Positions 24,826 to 39,120 are shown, counted from the whole stretch's first letter. The stretch: DNA of 63,240 nucleotides, filler included, from Octopus bimaculoides (GCF_001194135.2; 7 parts of 7 records of this genome joined end to end with filler, not necessarily neighbours in it); one strand, 5' to 3'. The notes: generated by a model not told the origin, from the letters alone. Numbers and translations: made by a program.

Positions 24826-25003
24826 TGACCCCACTACCGCACGAAAATGAGTGTTGGATTGATTAGGTTCCTAAAAGAATGAGCGGTTTGGTAAAGGATG
24901 TCGACAGAATGAGAACCACAAGTAAAAATAAGTATTGGGGTCGATTTGTTTGATTAAGCTCTTCAAGGCCGCAGTCCAATGACTGCAACAAGTAAAAAGT
25001 CTA
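24820..25003 (+). mobile_element. SINE family B 3' half, diverged
   Basis: Follows (GT)n; ends CAGTCCAATGACTGCAACAAGTAAAA. Confidence 0.55.
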
Positions 25004-25291
25004 GAATATAAATATATAATACGTAAGTGTGTGCGAGAGTGTCTGTCGTCTGTCTGTGTCTCTTTGTATATATANNNNNNNNNNNNNNNNNNNNNNNNNN
25101 NNNNNNNNNNNNNNNNNNNNNNNNNNNNNNNNNNNNNNNNNNNNNNNNNNNNNNNNNNNNNNNNNNNNNNNNNNNNNNNNNNNNNNNNNNNNNNNNNNNN
25201 NNNNNNNNNNNNNNNNNNNNNNNNNNNNNNNNNNNNNNNNNNNNNNNNNNNNNNNNNNNNNNNNNNNNNNNNNNNNNNNNNNNNNNNNNNN

Positions 25292-25325
<34 letters not shown>

Positions 25326-25336
25326 TATAGATATGT

Positions 25337-25379
<43 letters not shown>

Positions 25380-25565
25380 CATACATATATATATGAAATA
25401 TATACTCATACATTCATAAATATACATGTACATACATATATGTTTGTGTGCACGTATACTCTCATATATCTAGACACAAAAATACATTATGCATACATAC
25501 ATATACATATATATGTAGATACACACATACACACACACACACACACATATATATATACACATACA

Positions 25566-25617
<52 letters not shown>

Positions 25618-25734
25618 NNNNNNNNNNNNNNNNNNNNNNNNNNNNNNNNNNNNNNNNNNNNTTAATTAATTAANNNNNNNNNNNNNNNNNNNNNNNNNNN
25701 NNNNNNNNNNNNNNNNNATATATATATATATACA

Positions 25735-25975
25735 CACAGAGTGACCCCAAAAAGAAACCAGAACCCACAAATCTTTGAATAAAACTGTTAATTTTTGGGC
25801 ATTACTTGGACGATGCAGAGGAATAGATAGAGATGATGAACAGTGGTTCCAGCAAGACGGGGCCACCCCACATGCATCAAATGACTCCCTAGCCTGGCTG
25901 AGAGAGCGATTTCAGGAGAGACTGATCAACAGGAAGTGTGACGTTGAGTGGGCACCGCATTCAACGAACAGGAAC
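25735..25975 (+). mobile_element. IS630-Tc1-mariner transposase fragment
   Basis: WFQQDGATPHASNDSLAWLRERFQERLINRKCDVEWAPHS (second catalytic D region). Confidence 0.85.
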
Positions 25976-26241
25976 CCCACTAGATTTTTTTTTATCTGTG
26001 GGAGTATCTCAAGTATAATGTTTACCGGAATAACCCTCAAACGATTGGTGAACCGAAGGCAGCAATCGTATCAGGGCCACATGAACCCTGGTTGAGAACC
26101 ACTGGTTTAACCGATCAGTTGAAATTGAGGACAAACTGGACCATCTCTATCTGCTGACCTAAAAATACTCAATCTATAAATACTCTCTGGACGACTCAAA
26201 GCAGTTGGTCCATGTTACACACAAGCAGGAAATCTAATCTA

Positions 26242-26601
26242 CAGGGTGATTCAAAAGTCTCCATACATAGGAAAACATTATTTTTTTATGGGAGACAGTT
26301 TATAAGATCCCCTAGATCCCCTGATCTGATCCCTCTTGATTTCTATTTTTGTGGGCATTTGAAAGGCATGGTGTATCGTGGAAAGATAAAAGACATAAAT
26401 CATTTAATGGAACGCATCACCAACTCATTTGCACACGTATCACCAGATGTGCTATTACGAGTTCACAATGAGTTGGGTAAACGTATTGCAATGTGTATTC
26501 AAAACAAAGGTAACTATATAGAGCCTGTTAAATAAATAAAAAAAACTGTTCTTATAAAAAGATAAATTGCTCCTATGTATGGCGACTTTTGAATCACCCT
26601 G
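26242..26601 (+). mobile_element. Internally deleted Tc1/mariner element (360 bp)
   Basis: 31-bp TIRs CAGGGTGATTCAAAAGTC(T/G)CCATACATAGGA matching 30/31; TA at 26240-41 and 26602-03; encodes SPRSPDLIPLDFYFCGHLKGMVY...CIQNKGNYIE. Confidence 0.92.
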
Positions 26602-27730
26602 TAGTCGGTATCTGTCATACAGTCGTTACTGTCTGAGATGTTTTGGGAGGTTTTTAATACCTTATCTTTTATCTACTAACCCCGCTCAATCTCAGCGTGC
26701 GCCTGAAGAGGCATTGCGGTAACCTCTTGTACGATAGAATGGAACGTCTCTACGAACACTTCTAGATGCCCGAAGAAATCCGATCGCTCTACTCAGGTTG
26801 GGGTATCAACAGCAGTTAGACTAAAGGAACCACCCTTAGCACCACAGTCTAGTACCACAGACTTTACATTCATGGGCCAGGAAGATCCTCCGCACTTCGA
26901 GATATGAACCTTTTAGAAACAACACTTTTGTTTCTGCTTGATTCAAGCAGACAAGAAGATGCGTACATTTCGAAGTCATCGAGAATGGGGGCATAATCCT
27001 GGCGTTGATTTATAGATCACTCTGATTATGGACACCACATCTACATCTAGTGACCTAAGGTCATTTGAGTAAGTGACCTTAATAACAAGGCAGGTCTAGA
27101 ATTCGTGTATTTTATACAACGCACTTTGAGTACAGACAGACTGGTCAGGGTAGAGGATAAAACACAAAACAAACAGCAACAGCCACCACTAAAAACAACA
27201 ATAAAAACAAAACAAAATCAACAACAACAACAACACCAGTAATGATGATGATGATGATAATAATAAGAATAATAATAATAATACCAGCACAATATCAGTA
27301 GAAACCAGGTAAAAATGCTGACAGCAGCAAAGGCGCATCCAAAATAGAATCACTATAGAAGATAACGAGAATGATGATGTTGATGATGGTGATGATGATG
27401 ATGATGATCATTGTAGTAGTGGTGGGGGTAGTACAGGTGGTGATAGTGGTGGTGGTGATGGCGAAGAAGAAGTTGGCTGTATTTGCTGTATCATCAGCAG
27501 CAACGGCCTTCTTCGAGGAAGATGCCAAGGAGAGAGATCGATAAATCGATCGATAGATCTCACAGGAAACGTCCTACACCACACACAGCCCCAATACAAT
27601 ATACACATGTAGACTCAAACACACACACACACACACACACATACACACACATATACACACACATGAATAGACATACATACATAAATAAATAAATACATAC
27701 ATTGATACACACAGCACGCGTGTACATATA

Positions 27731-27768
<38 letters not shown>

Positions 27769-27774
27769 TACGTT

Positions 27775-27805
<31 letters not shown>

Positions 27806-27871
27806 GTATATACACATCTCCATAACCATGAGTGCACATAAATTGAAATACATAAATACACAAATATCTTC

Positions 27872-27917
<46 letters not shown>

Positions 27918-28001
27918 TTGTGTGTGTGTATATGTATGTATGTATGTATGTATGTTTGTATGTATGTCTTTACTTACATATACACATGCATACGTACATC
28001 C

Positions 28002-28037
<36 letters not shown>

Positions 28038-28275
28038 ATGAGAATACATACAAATCACACAAAATTGAATATTGCCATACATATGTCTATGTACACACAC
28101 ACACATATGTATATAATATATGCATATATATGTGTATATATATATATATGTATATATGTTACATATATATACACATACACACATATATATAAATATTTGT
28201 ACATATATGTATATATACATATAGTTATACATAAATGTATTTATATGTGTATTATGTGTGTGAGTCCGTTAGCTT

Positions 28276-28341
<66 letters not shown>

Positions 28342-28996
28342 CATATATATATATATACATACATACATATAAATATATTTACATAAATGCTTATATACAC
28401 ACATGTATACATTTATGTGCGTGTGTATATATATATATATATATATACATACATACATGCATACATACATACTTACATAGATAGACATACATATATACGA
28501 TCTTGCATACATACATACATACATAGAAGCGTACGTATATTCGTACACACACGCATGCATAAATGCCTACACACACATACATACATACGTACATACATAC
28601 GTACATACATACAAACACACACATACACACGCATACCTGCATTCATACACACGCACACACGTACGTACGTACGTACATACATACATACCAACCAACATAC
28701 CTATATTCATAAATACTTACGTACATATTTATATATACCTACATCTACACACACCCGTCACATGATGCAGAAGTAACATGTGGAGAAACGAAGACATCTT
28801 TACTCGCAATCAGCCATCTTCCTTCTTCTTTGTCTACTTATATTTTTCTTACCATTTTCCTTTTCTTTTCCTTCCTAGTTTCATTCAAGTCTTTTTGTTT
28901 CTTTTCTTCTTTTTGTATCGCTCTTTATATTTTATTTATTTTTTTTTCTATATATTTCTTCACAAATTTTGTTTCCTTACGCCATATTTTTTCCGG

Positions 28997-29034
<38 letters not shown>

Positions 29035-29180
29035 CTATTCATGATGGAATCCGCTACATGAATTTCACTTAGAAACAGACACCTTCATGAGAGCAGATGT
29101 ACATACATACATACATACACACATATATATATATATACACACACATACATACACACAGATATATATAATATATATGATTA

Positions 29181-29234
<54 letters not shown>

Positions 29235-29334
29235 CACAGAGAAAGAGAGAGAGAGTGACAGATTGATACATGTATATATGCACATGTGTTTATATATGTG
29301 TGTATAGATGTATATGTTCATACACACACACACG

Positions 29335-29370
<36 letters not shown>

Positions 29371-29513
29371 TATACATACATACACACGCCCACACACACA
29401 CACATATATATATACATACATATACGTATATATATATATATATGTGTGTATGAGTACATATGCGTGAATATAATTGTAGATATCAAAGATTCAAATGAAA
29501 GTATGTGCGTGCG

Positions 29514-29555
<42 letters not shown>

Positions 29556-30325
29556 CNNNNNNNNNNNNNNNNNNNNNNNNNNNNNNNNNNNNNNNNNNNN
29601 NNNNNNNNNNNNNNNNNNNNNNNNNNNNNNNNNNNNNNNNNNNNNNNNNNNNNNNNNNNNNNNNNNNNNNNNNNNNNNNNNNNNNNNNNNNNNNNNNNNN
29701 NNNNNNNNNNNNNNNNNNNNNNNNNNNNNNNNNNNNNNNNNNNNNNNNNNNNNNNNNNNNNNNNNNNNNNNNNNNNNNNNNNNNNNNNNNNNNNNNNNNN
29801 NNNNNNNNNNNNNNNNNNNNNNNNNNNNNNNNNNNNNNNNNNNNNNNNNNNNNNNNNNNNNNNNNNNNNNNNTATATATATATATGTATATATATATATA
29901 TGTATGTATGTATATATATGTAAATCATATATATACATATGTGCATGCATACACAACACATACACACACAAATACACACATATACATATACATGTAAATA
30001 CACATATGCACGTATGTTTCTATATGTAGGGAAATTACATATATGCGTATATATATATATCTGTACCCATGTGTGTGTGGGTATATGTGTCTGTGTATGC
30101 CCTGTGTGTGTGTGTATGTGTGTATTTATGATTTTCTGCAGTCAAGTGCATTAATTGAGGAAATGCGTGAATTTTTGTTGCTTTTGGAGATTGTTGGGAA
30201 CAGGGAAGAAGGGTCGGTTCCGTATCACACAGACATAACACGCACATACAAACGCACACACGCACACACACACACATACGCACACATGCACATACACACT
30301 CATATACATACACATACGCACAAAT

Positions 30326-30391
<66 letters not shown>

Positions 30392-30495
30392 GCGCGCGCG
30401 CACCCTGCACACAGACTCACAAAAACACAGGCACGGACACAGAAGCAGTTTGATAGACACTGACATACACATGCATACATACGTATATAAACATT

Positions 30496-30540
<45 letters not shown>

Positions 30541-30620
30541 AGCTACGTTTATGAGCATGCATGCGCCTGTAGCTATATATGTGTATAACGTGTGTGTGTG
30601 TGTGTGTGTATAGATATATA

Positions 30621-30784
30621 CGATGGGCTTCTTTCAATTTCCGTCTCCCAAATCCACTCACAAGGGTTTGGTCGGGCCGGGGCTATAGTAGAGTACACTT
30701 GCCTAAGGTGCCACGCAATGGGACTGAACCCGGAACAATGTAGTTAGTATGCAAGCTTGTTAACACAATGCCACTCCTGCGCCT
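30621..30784 (-). mobile_element. SINE family B 5' half
   Basis: Aligns to 17440-17603. Confidence 0.85.
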
Positions 30785-31001
30785 CACAACCACTCCCCCT
30801 CTCACTCTCTATCTATCTATCTATATATATATACATACATATATATGTGTGTATACATATACACATGTGTATATATACATATACATGTATGTATTTTTAT
30901 GTGTAGGTATTGTATATGTATATATGTATACATATACATATGCATATATATGTGTATATATATATCTATGTGTGCATGTGTACAATATACATGTGTGTGT
31001 G

Positions 31002-31061
<60 letters not shown>

Positions 31062-31366
31062 AATACTTATACAAAACAAATATATGTTTAAATACTTATA
31101 CATGTATGTGCATGCGTGTATAAATGCACGTACACCCCGTCCCCACATGTACAGTATATCCAAGGATTATTGATAAACCGTATGGACTTTCACGTGACCA
31201 GAATACACAAACTGTAATACATGTTTACCGGGATATAGCATGTATAATACGAAGCCGCATTCATTTCCACACAACTGCACGCCACCCCAACGCCAATTCA
31301 CTCACAAACATATACAATTGTATATGTACCTAAATCGACTCTAATACATACAATATATATTACTGC

Positions 31367-31404
<38 letters not shown>

Positions 31405-31429
31405 ATTCACAAACAATATAATTAATTTG

Positions 31430-31585
31430 GTAGAAAATGTGTAATTAGTGGTTGGAAAATACAGTTAATGAGTAGAAAATGTTATTGGTTGGTAGAAGAT
31501 GTAATTGTCCGGTGGAAAATATATTTAGCGGGTAGAAAATGTAATTTGAGTGTGGAAAATAGAATTAAAGTGTAGAAAATTGTTG
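31430..31585. repeat. Degenerate ~20-bp minisatellite (G[T/G][A/G]GAAAATGTAATT core), about 8 units
   Basis: TAGAAAAT/TGGAAAAT recurs at roughly 20-nt spacing. Confidence 0.7.
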
Positions 31586-31688
31586 TAGTGCTGTTTTAAA
31601 ATCTAAAATCCGCAAGCAAGGGAGATAACCGTCAGCTGATCAATATTTGTAGACGATATTGACAATATAAATTAGGTATAAAAAAATG

Positions 31689-33128
31689 TCTTCAACTCAT
31701 TCCACTGCGAAGGTCTGTGGAAAACAATGAGATCGTATGACATTCCTGAAATGCCGACGAGGATGGCGCAGGCCATGTACGACGACTTCGAGAGAACGGT
31801 AGTGGACGATGTGGGAAAGGCATAGGGGTTTAAGGTTACAACTAAAGTCAAGTAGGGACGTGTTATGTCAGGCTTCCAGTTTCTCGTGGCGATAGACTGG
31901 GTCATGCGAAGAACAACAGAAAGGCATCGGAATGACCTTAGATGAAACCTCACGAGCGCGTTCGAAGATCCCGAATTTGCGGAAGATGTAGCGTTGCTGT
32001 CATCCACTTACGAACACATCCGGAGCAAGACACAGAGCAGCAGACAACGGTGACGGAATTGGCCTTAAACTCAACCCAGACAACTGTAAAATAAGCTCGT
32101 GTGAGAATGGAAGCCAACGACGTGAAAGACGTCGAAGAATTTGTTAACCTCGGGACGACAGTCAAGAAAGACGGAGAGAGAACGGAACATATAAAAGAAC
32201 ACAATATCCAAAACCGTAGAGCATTCTACAATCTAACAAAGCAGAGACGTGCCGCCTGGGTAGGCAAGGTATGTAGTGCCTACCCCGAAGGAAATAGATC
32301 GATAGTAACATTTTCCTTTTATGGTAAAATATGCACCTAATTCAATAAAATTATGAAAGTTACATAAAATACAAAATATCTTTTTTTTTTTTGTAGATTA
32401 GGTAGGCATAATTCGTCCCTGCTTTCCAATCTCACTATTTAAGCTACACCTAATACTACTGTAGTACACGTGCTGCGTACATATCTACAACACCGTTTTC
32501 TTTACGCGCTATAAAGGCAGAAGTAAATCTGCCTCCAACTCAGTCGCGCGACTGTGTTTCGCATACTTTTTGCGTGTTTTACTACATAAACGTCACCAAC
32601 TGCCTACCCTGAGTAATTACTCACGGCATGTGCCTGTGACAAAGGAATGGGAAGCAAAGGTGTTGGTTGAGAAATGAAGCTGAAACAGTTCAAAATATCG
32701 GATGTGAAAACTGAGAAGTGACAAAAAATGGAAGAAAAATCACTGGACAGCTTCCAATTGACATGTTTAAGGAGAATACTTGACATCAAGTAGCTACAAA
32801 GAGTCCGAAATGACCCAATTGAGACAACAACGGACATCAACAGGATCAGTGACGATTAATGATGTAGATACTGGAACTGGATTGGACACATCCTCATATA
32901 AGATTGAAAAAGCGATTGTGTAGTGGCACTAAAGTGGAAGCCTGATGAGGAAAAAACAGCTGGGCGTCCTAAGAGCACATGACGAGGGTCCAGTGACAAG
33001 GAAAGGTGGCGAGAAGGGTGGAGAAGCTGGAATGAGACCAGAGCAGTGGTAGAAAACGGAGTTGGCTGGAGAGAAATCGTGTTGCAGCCTTTTGTGCTTC
33101 ATGGCTTGGAGAGAACTAAATAAATAAG
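31689..33128 (+). mobile_element. 5'-truncated, decayed RTE-clade LINE (RT to 3' end), interrupted by a MITE
   Basis: FNSFHCEGLWKTMRSYDIP...VK*GRVMSGFQFLVAIDWVMRRTT...FAEDVALLS (FADD motif); resumes ~32690 with LDSFQLTCLRRIL...WNWIGHIL...GRPKST...AFCASWLGEN*. Confidence 0.88.
32245..32630. mobile_element. MITE-like insertion inside the RTE copy
   Basis: Imperfect terminal inverted motif GCCG..GGGTAGGCA / TGCCTACCC..CGGC; AT-rich non-coding interior; LINE reading frame resumes after it. Confidence 0.5.
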
Positions 33129-33802
33129 CACTAACTAACGAAATTAGACCTATCTTTACATCGAACTGGTGAAAGTAACAGTCATATTTCAATCTTATTA
33201 AATCTCCTCAGTAAAATATAATCGTCTAGTAAAATAGTAAACACACACGCACACACACACGCACACGCACTCACGCACACACACACGCACACGCACATCT
33301 ATATGTTAGATTACTGGGCAGTAAGCCTCGCGGAATTTGTCCCCGACAATTGCGTTTAGAAAGTAACTCAGTGACGCCATGAGTATGATAAACAATAGCT
33401 AAGTCAATGCTGTTACATTTAGCAATATTTCAAAGCATTTTACAAGATCTTTGAAGAACTTGTTTATCGTTTCGCGAATGTTTGTTCGCTTGTTCAACAT
33501 TGCTTCTGTTCTCTGTGCTGCAACTGTTTCAAGTAGGGAAGAGAACAGCAAAGTTATTATTCAATGTTCTGTCTTACATTGCAAAGATGTCACGTTTTAA
33601 AGTGCCTTGTCTGTCTCGATTGTTGGTTGGCTGGTTTCGCGCGCACATGTTTGTGTGTACGTGGGGGCTACTGACGACTGTACGGAGGACTTAACGTTTC
33701 AAAAGAACGAAACCGATATTTTTGAGAAATACAGTCATACTTTCATAAATGTATGCATTGGAAAAGATATTCTGCATACATGCATAAGTACATACATACG
33801 TT

Positions 33803-33846
<44 letters not shown>

Positions 33847-34284
33847 NNNNNNNNNNNNNNNNNNNNNNNNNNNNNNNNNNNNNNNNNNNNTTAATTAATT
33901 AANNNNNNNNNNNNNNNNNNNNNNNNNNNNNNNNNNNNNNNNNNNNTACAGACACTCCCCATACACACATGCACTTACAAAAGACACAGACACATTGAAG
34001 GACACGCATGCATAGACACATACAATAGGAATACAAAATACAAAATGGCTGATAGTTAGCAAGGTGAGACACACATAAGAAAGAAGGAAACAAAGGACCA
34101 CTGATGAGGTCACAGAAGTGTGACGAAAGAACTCTGGCCGAAATAAGATTAAGATTAAGATTAATGTAATATAAAGCTGAAAAAAAAAAAATTAACACCA
34201 AATATACAGTGCGTGTGTTTTTATTGGCTAAACTGGCAATATGACCATCCCCAAGTACAACAATATATATATATATATATCATA

Positions 34285-34500
34285 ATCATCATCATTTAGT
34301 GTTACATCTGTTTTCCATGCAGGCATGAGTTGGATTGTTCAACATAATCCAACAACCCAGAGGGCTGCATCAACCTCCAATGTCTGCTTTAACGTGGTAT
34401 CTACATGCTAGATGCTCTACCATTTCACAAAATGTACTGGATGTTTGTTTTTTTCTTGTTTTTTTTGTTTTTTGTGGAACTAACATAAGTAAGATTGCCA
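34285..34500 (-). mobile_element. Family C (RTE tail) repeat, CpG-decayed
   Basis: CATCATCATTTAGTGTTACATCTGTTTTCCATGCAGGCATGAGTTGGA resembles 6413-6564. Confidence 0.6.
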
Positions 34501-35352
34501 AATAACTTTCAAGACAAGACCCCACAAATGAGTCAAGATATAGAATTGAGGGAGGTGATTTTATACCATGCTATAGAGGTGATGCATAGCTATGAGCATG
34601 GTGATATGTCAGGGCATACTTCAAGATGGAAGAAAGTGCATATAAGAGAGAACAGGGACAGAGAATAGAGAATTGGTGACAGGGTAGATTTATGAGAGTG
34701 TGAAAGTAGAGTGGAGATGGTTAGCGATGGGGTTAGAGAGAAATACAGGGCGTGGTGAATATGTGCAGAGGTGTGGTTAATGTTGAATCTCAATTTGGTG
34801 GGAAGATAAAGGAAAATAGAAATGGGTTAGTGAGAACATACAGGAGTGCTGGTGGAGAGCAACAGTATAATAAAACCATAGTTAAATGAGAAATAGAGAA
34901 TTGATATGAAGTGAAGGGGTAAGACAGGAATGCACTGTCATAGAGATGAAGGTCCAATGTTTGCAGGGTCAAATATAGTGAGTGAGAAACAAAGGCATTG
35001 GGTAGTCCTTTTATACTGGATATCGGATGAGTGTTCAGGGTAAAAAAAAAGGGCAGTCAATAGAAAATAAAGTAGGAAGGGATTCTACAAAATGTTTCAT
35101 GTAGAAATGTGTCATTTGTTATCATAAGAAAATATTAAGATAAAATACATGTAAATTTCAACAATGAAGAATTCTTGAAAATATACTTACTGCCAAATAG
35201 GAGATGCCAGGAATAAAATATAATCAACAAATGCCTCATGATTGCATAATATTCACAAATGTGTTCTTTCCAAAACACCAGCTCAAGGTTTAACCCAATA
35301 CTTTCTGAATTTCATTTATATTGTCAACATGACTACTATGAGAGCCACCCAC

Positions 35353-35453
35353 CTTTTCAGTACACACATCAGTTCAGGATACAGCTTACAAATAGATGGG
35401 GACACCAAATACTTGTTTTTGTTACATATGTCAATAATAGGCTCATTTAGTCC
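35353..35453 (-). CDS. Candidate coding exon of an unidentified gene
   Basis: ACAG|GGA acceptor (weak pyrimidine tract), AAG|GTGGGT donor, one open frame GLNEPIIDICNKNKYLVSPSICKLYPELMCVLK; no homology recognised. Confidence 0.25.
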
Positions 35454-36689
35454 CTGTTATTTCTAAATTACTACTTGACATTTAAGGAGAAATAAAGAGG
35501 TACTTATTTATTCAATTATTCTATCTCGGTAATTCTTATTGCTAAAACAACAGAATCCATTCAATAAAGATTAGAAGCAATCTTAATAGGTTACACTCCA
35601 AATCACTAAATATTATAATAGTAATAATCAGCATAGATCAAAATTTATAATAACTTATACTCTTTACCACTCTGTATCATTTTAGTTTCTGAAATAGTTT
35701 TCCACTCATTCTTTTTGTAAAATTTTCAACAATCTCATAAATATCTGAAAAAGTTAATCAATAACTGGATCATAAAGCAGATACAGCATGTTTCTTTGCT
35801 TAAATTAATTATTACAAGCCAAGACAATTGTCTTCTGACAAAGGTCAGTTTCAAAAATTTATTGCATTTAAAATTTTTTTCAATGGCCAAGTATTTCTTT
35901 TATGAATCCTCTACAATTTAAATGCTATAACTAAACTGTTACTACTTGTAAAACACGTTTGACTTAAGTCAGTTAACTGCATTCTTTAATTTGTGTTCCA
36001 CATTTCAAGTTATTCAATGATTTTAAATGATAATTTTGGAACTGGCACAAAGGAATAACAATGCTTCTCGTTATTTGATAGGTTTTTTAATAAAGATAAA
36101 CACACAAATTAACCATACTCAAACAGTAACCATTATTGGGTTAGTTATGAAAAAATACAAAAAATGGTTATTAAGGCATTATTAAATATGAAAAAAACAC
36201 CTCAATAAACATTTTATGTCTTTTAGACTTTGGCATAAAGCCAACAGTACTTCATGATCTATGAAAATCTGGGAACTCAAGGATAGTAATTGTGAATTTA
36301 GCCTAAAATGGAATATAGTCCATAGAGCTCAGCCATGCAAAGATAGCCAATATGGAGGTGAATTACGAAATTTACGAAATATTCAAATATAAGAATAAGC
36401 AAAACCTAATTAATAATAAATTAGACCTTAGAGTATCTTGTGTACATAGGATTACCCATACCTTCAAATACTTTAGAAGCAAATAACAATCTGTATATCA
36501 TACAATGATTTGGCAGCATAAGTTATCCAGGATGTCATATTATTCATAGCATATCCTCTATTATCTAGAAATATATGTAGTATTGCTTTCTAATAACCCT
36601 TAACCACTTTAATCTGCAATCCTTCAATATCTATATTACATATATTCCCCTTTGGTATTGGGATTTTCTTTCCTTATAATTATAATATA

Positions 36690-38088
36690 CTAGCAGAGGC
36701 ACCCGGCGTTGCTCGGGAATGAAATTGTTGCTAATATACTTGAAGAAAAAAAGGCAAAATATGCTGTATAGAAATTTGAGGACATTCTGTAGATGGACTC
36801 TCAGATGAATGATGGCTGGGCGCCTCTCATGAATGGGGAAAATTGAAGATGTGTCAAAAAGCCTCATTGGTACTTGGAAACTTTTACGAAAATTAAAATG
36901 GGGATCGTTGCCAGTGCCCCTGGACTGGCTCTTGTGCGGGTGGCACATAAAATACACCATTTCGAGCGTGGCCGTTGCCAGTACCGCCTGACTGGCCTTC
37001 GTGCGGGTGACACGTAAAAGCACNNNNNNNNNNNNNNNNNNNNNNNNNNNNNNNNNNNNNNNNNNNNNNNNNNNNNNNNNNNNNNNNNNNNNNNNNNNNN
37101 NNNNNNNNNNNNNNNNNNNNNNNNNNNNNNNNNNNNNNNNNNNNNNNNNNNNNNNNNNNNNNNNNNNNNNNNNNNNNNNNNNNNNNNNNNNNNNNNNNNN
37201 NNNNNNNNNNNNNNNNNNNNNNNNNNNNNNNNNNNNNNNNNNNNNNNNNNNNNNNNNNNNNNNNNNNNNNNNNNNNNNNNNNNNNNNNNNNNNNNNNNNN
37301 NNNNNNNNNNNNNNNNNNNNNNNNNNNNNNNNNNNNNNNNNNNNNNNNNNNNNNNNNNNNNNNNNNNNNNNNNNNNNNNNNNNNNNNNNNNNNNNNNNNN
37401 NNNNNNNNNNNNNNNNNNNNNNNNNNNNNNNNNNNNNNNNNNNNNNNNNNNNNNNNNNNNNNNNNNNNNNNNNNNNNNNNNNNNNNNNNNNNNNNNNNNN
37501 NNNNNNNNNNNNNNNNNNNNNNNNNNNNNNNNNNNNNNNNNNNNNNNNNNNNNNNNNNNNNNNNNNNNNNNNNNNNNNNNNNNNNNNNNNNNNNNNNNNN
37601 NNNNNNNNNNNNNNNNNNNNNNNNNNNNNNNNNNNNNNNNNNNNNNNNNNNNNNNNNNNNNNNNNNNNNNNNNNNNNNNNNNNNNNNNNNNNNNNNNNNN
37701 NNNNNNNNNNNNNNNNNNCAAGGTGTGTGTGTGTGTGTGTGCATGTGTATGTGTGTGAGACAGAGTGAGAGAGCGGTGTGTATGTAGTATTTACTCTCTC
37801 TCTCTCTCTCTCTCTCATACACATGAACACACAAAATAGAAAGTGAAGCTTTTTGCGGTTGTTATGTCAATACCGGAAGTTGACATTGAGGAACCTTTTT
37901 AAAGAAGTGAATCTTAAATATAAAGCAATATTATTTATTTTTAATTAAAAAAATCAAATGAAGAGCCTAAGATTTATCCGAGGTCAAATTATTCATGCAT
38001 TACAAGTATGGAAGCATTTGGTGAAGTCGATTTCACGTGAAAAACGATTACACACACATCTCTATTTTATATATAGTATAGATATAGA
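36690..38088 (-). mobile_element. Non-autonomous Helitron with both termini and a nested family C/RTE tail insert plus gap
   Basis: 5' end TCTATATCTATACTATATATAAA from 38088; 3' hairpin CCCGAGCAACGCCGGG (36702-36717) and CTAG (36690-36693); inserted between A and T with no TSD. Confidence 0.85.
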
Positions 38089-38601
38089 TAAATTTGCAAT
38101 GGATTACTAAATCTTGCACCTCCCTAACTATAAGGTATACCCTCTAGGAACTGTTATTATTCTACATAAATCAGTGTCTCAGATATATTTTACAAATATT
38201 TTACAAACCCATTTCCAGAGCTATCTTAATTTATTCTTTATGAAACAAAAATACTCATTCAAAATGTTACTAAATTTTAAATCGCGAGTAACAATCGAAG
38301 CATACACCATCAATACAGTCAAGCTATCAACTGGTGGTGTCAAAGTTTCAGACAAGTGCACAAGCGGCAACCAACGCGTTGTAGCTTGTAGTTGCCTGGT
38401 ATGATACAAATATAAACAAATAATGAACGCGTACAATCAGTTATTACGTCGCATTCAATATTTGTATCGATAAATTCATTACATGAGATGATTATGGATG
38501 ATATATAGAAAACTTACAAAGTATTAGAAGAGGTGCACCTTTTGTACATATTGCCTACAAAGAGTATGACACCGAATTTAGTGGAGTCATTCACGGGGAA
38601 G

Positions 38602-39120
38602 TTAAGCAAAGAGGGCTGTCCGGTCAATATGTGCCCACTGTTTGTACATAACTAAATCGCTGGAATCAAAATCATGTGATGAAAATACGTCTAACAAATG
38701 TTGTTCGAAGACAATTTTCCCAGGACATGATTCACACAGGAGCAACATATAATCATGATTGCTCATCGAACAGGCCATTTTGCCAAGCAAATCTTTATAG
38801 TTGTGACTACCGGGAATGGCAGCGACAATAAGTTTTGCATTTTGGTGTTGTTCACAGATGCATACTGATTGCATGTCTGCAGCAGTAACTGGAACACACT
38901 ATTTCAGTTTCAAGTCACAAAGCTTCAAAAAGCCTACCTTATCTGCAGGGTACCTCTTCCTGTATTTCACAAAATGTTTGTGCAGATTTACAAGCAATAG
39001 CTGTTTTTGCTGGCGGACCATTACTCCGTTATCTTTTACAGTAACAAATTCCTTTTTACCTAGGCAAGCACGCTCTCCCTCCCTTCTTTGGATTAAGATC
39101 AGCCAAAATACCCTTTCCTT
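38602..39120 (-). pseudogene. Decayed Cys-rich ORF fragment of probable DNA-transposon origin
   Basis: CLGKKEFVTVK...QKQLLLVNL...KVGF, then SVCICEQHQNAKL...YKDLLGKMAC...MLLLCESCPGK...YKQWAHIDRT; recalled as an invertebrate transposon-associated family, superfamily not assigned. Confidence 0.55.

Noticed and set aside
30142-30212. Possible plus-strand exon [24 protein letters not shown]
   Set aside because: Good acceptor but weak donor (GTCGGT); isolated among microsatellites
34560-35050. Purine-rich block as a LINE RT C-terminus on the minus strand
   Set aside because: Could not recover a diagnostic motif in any frame
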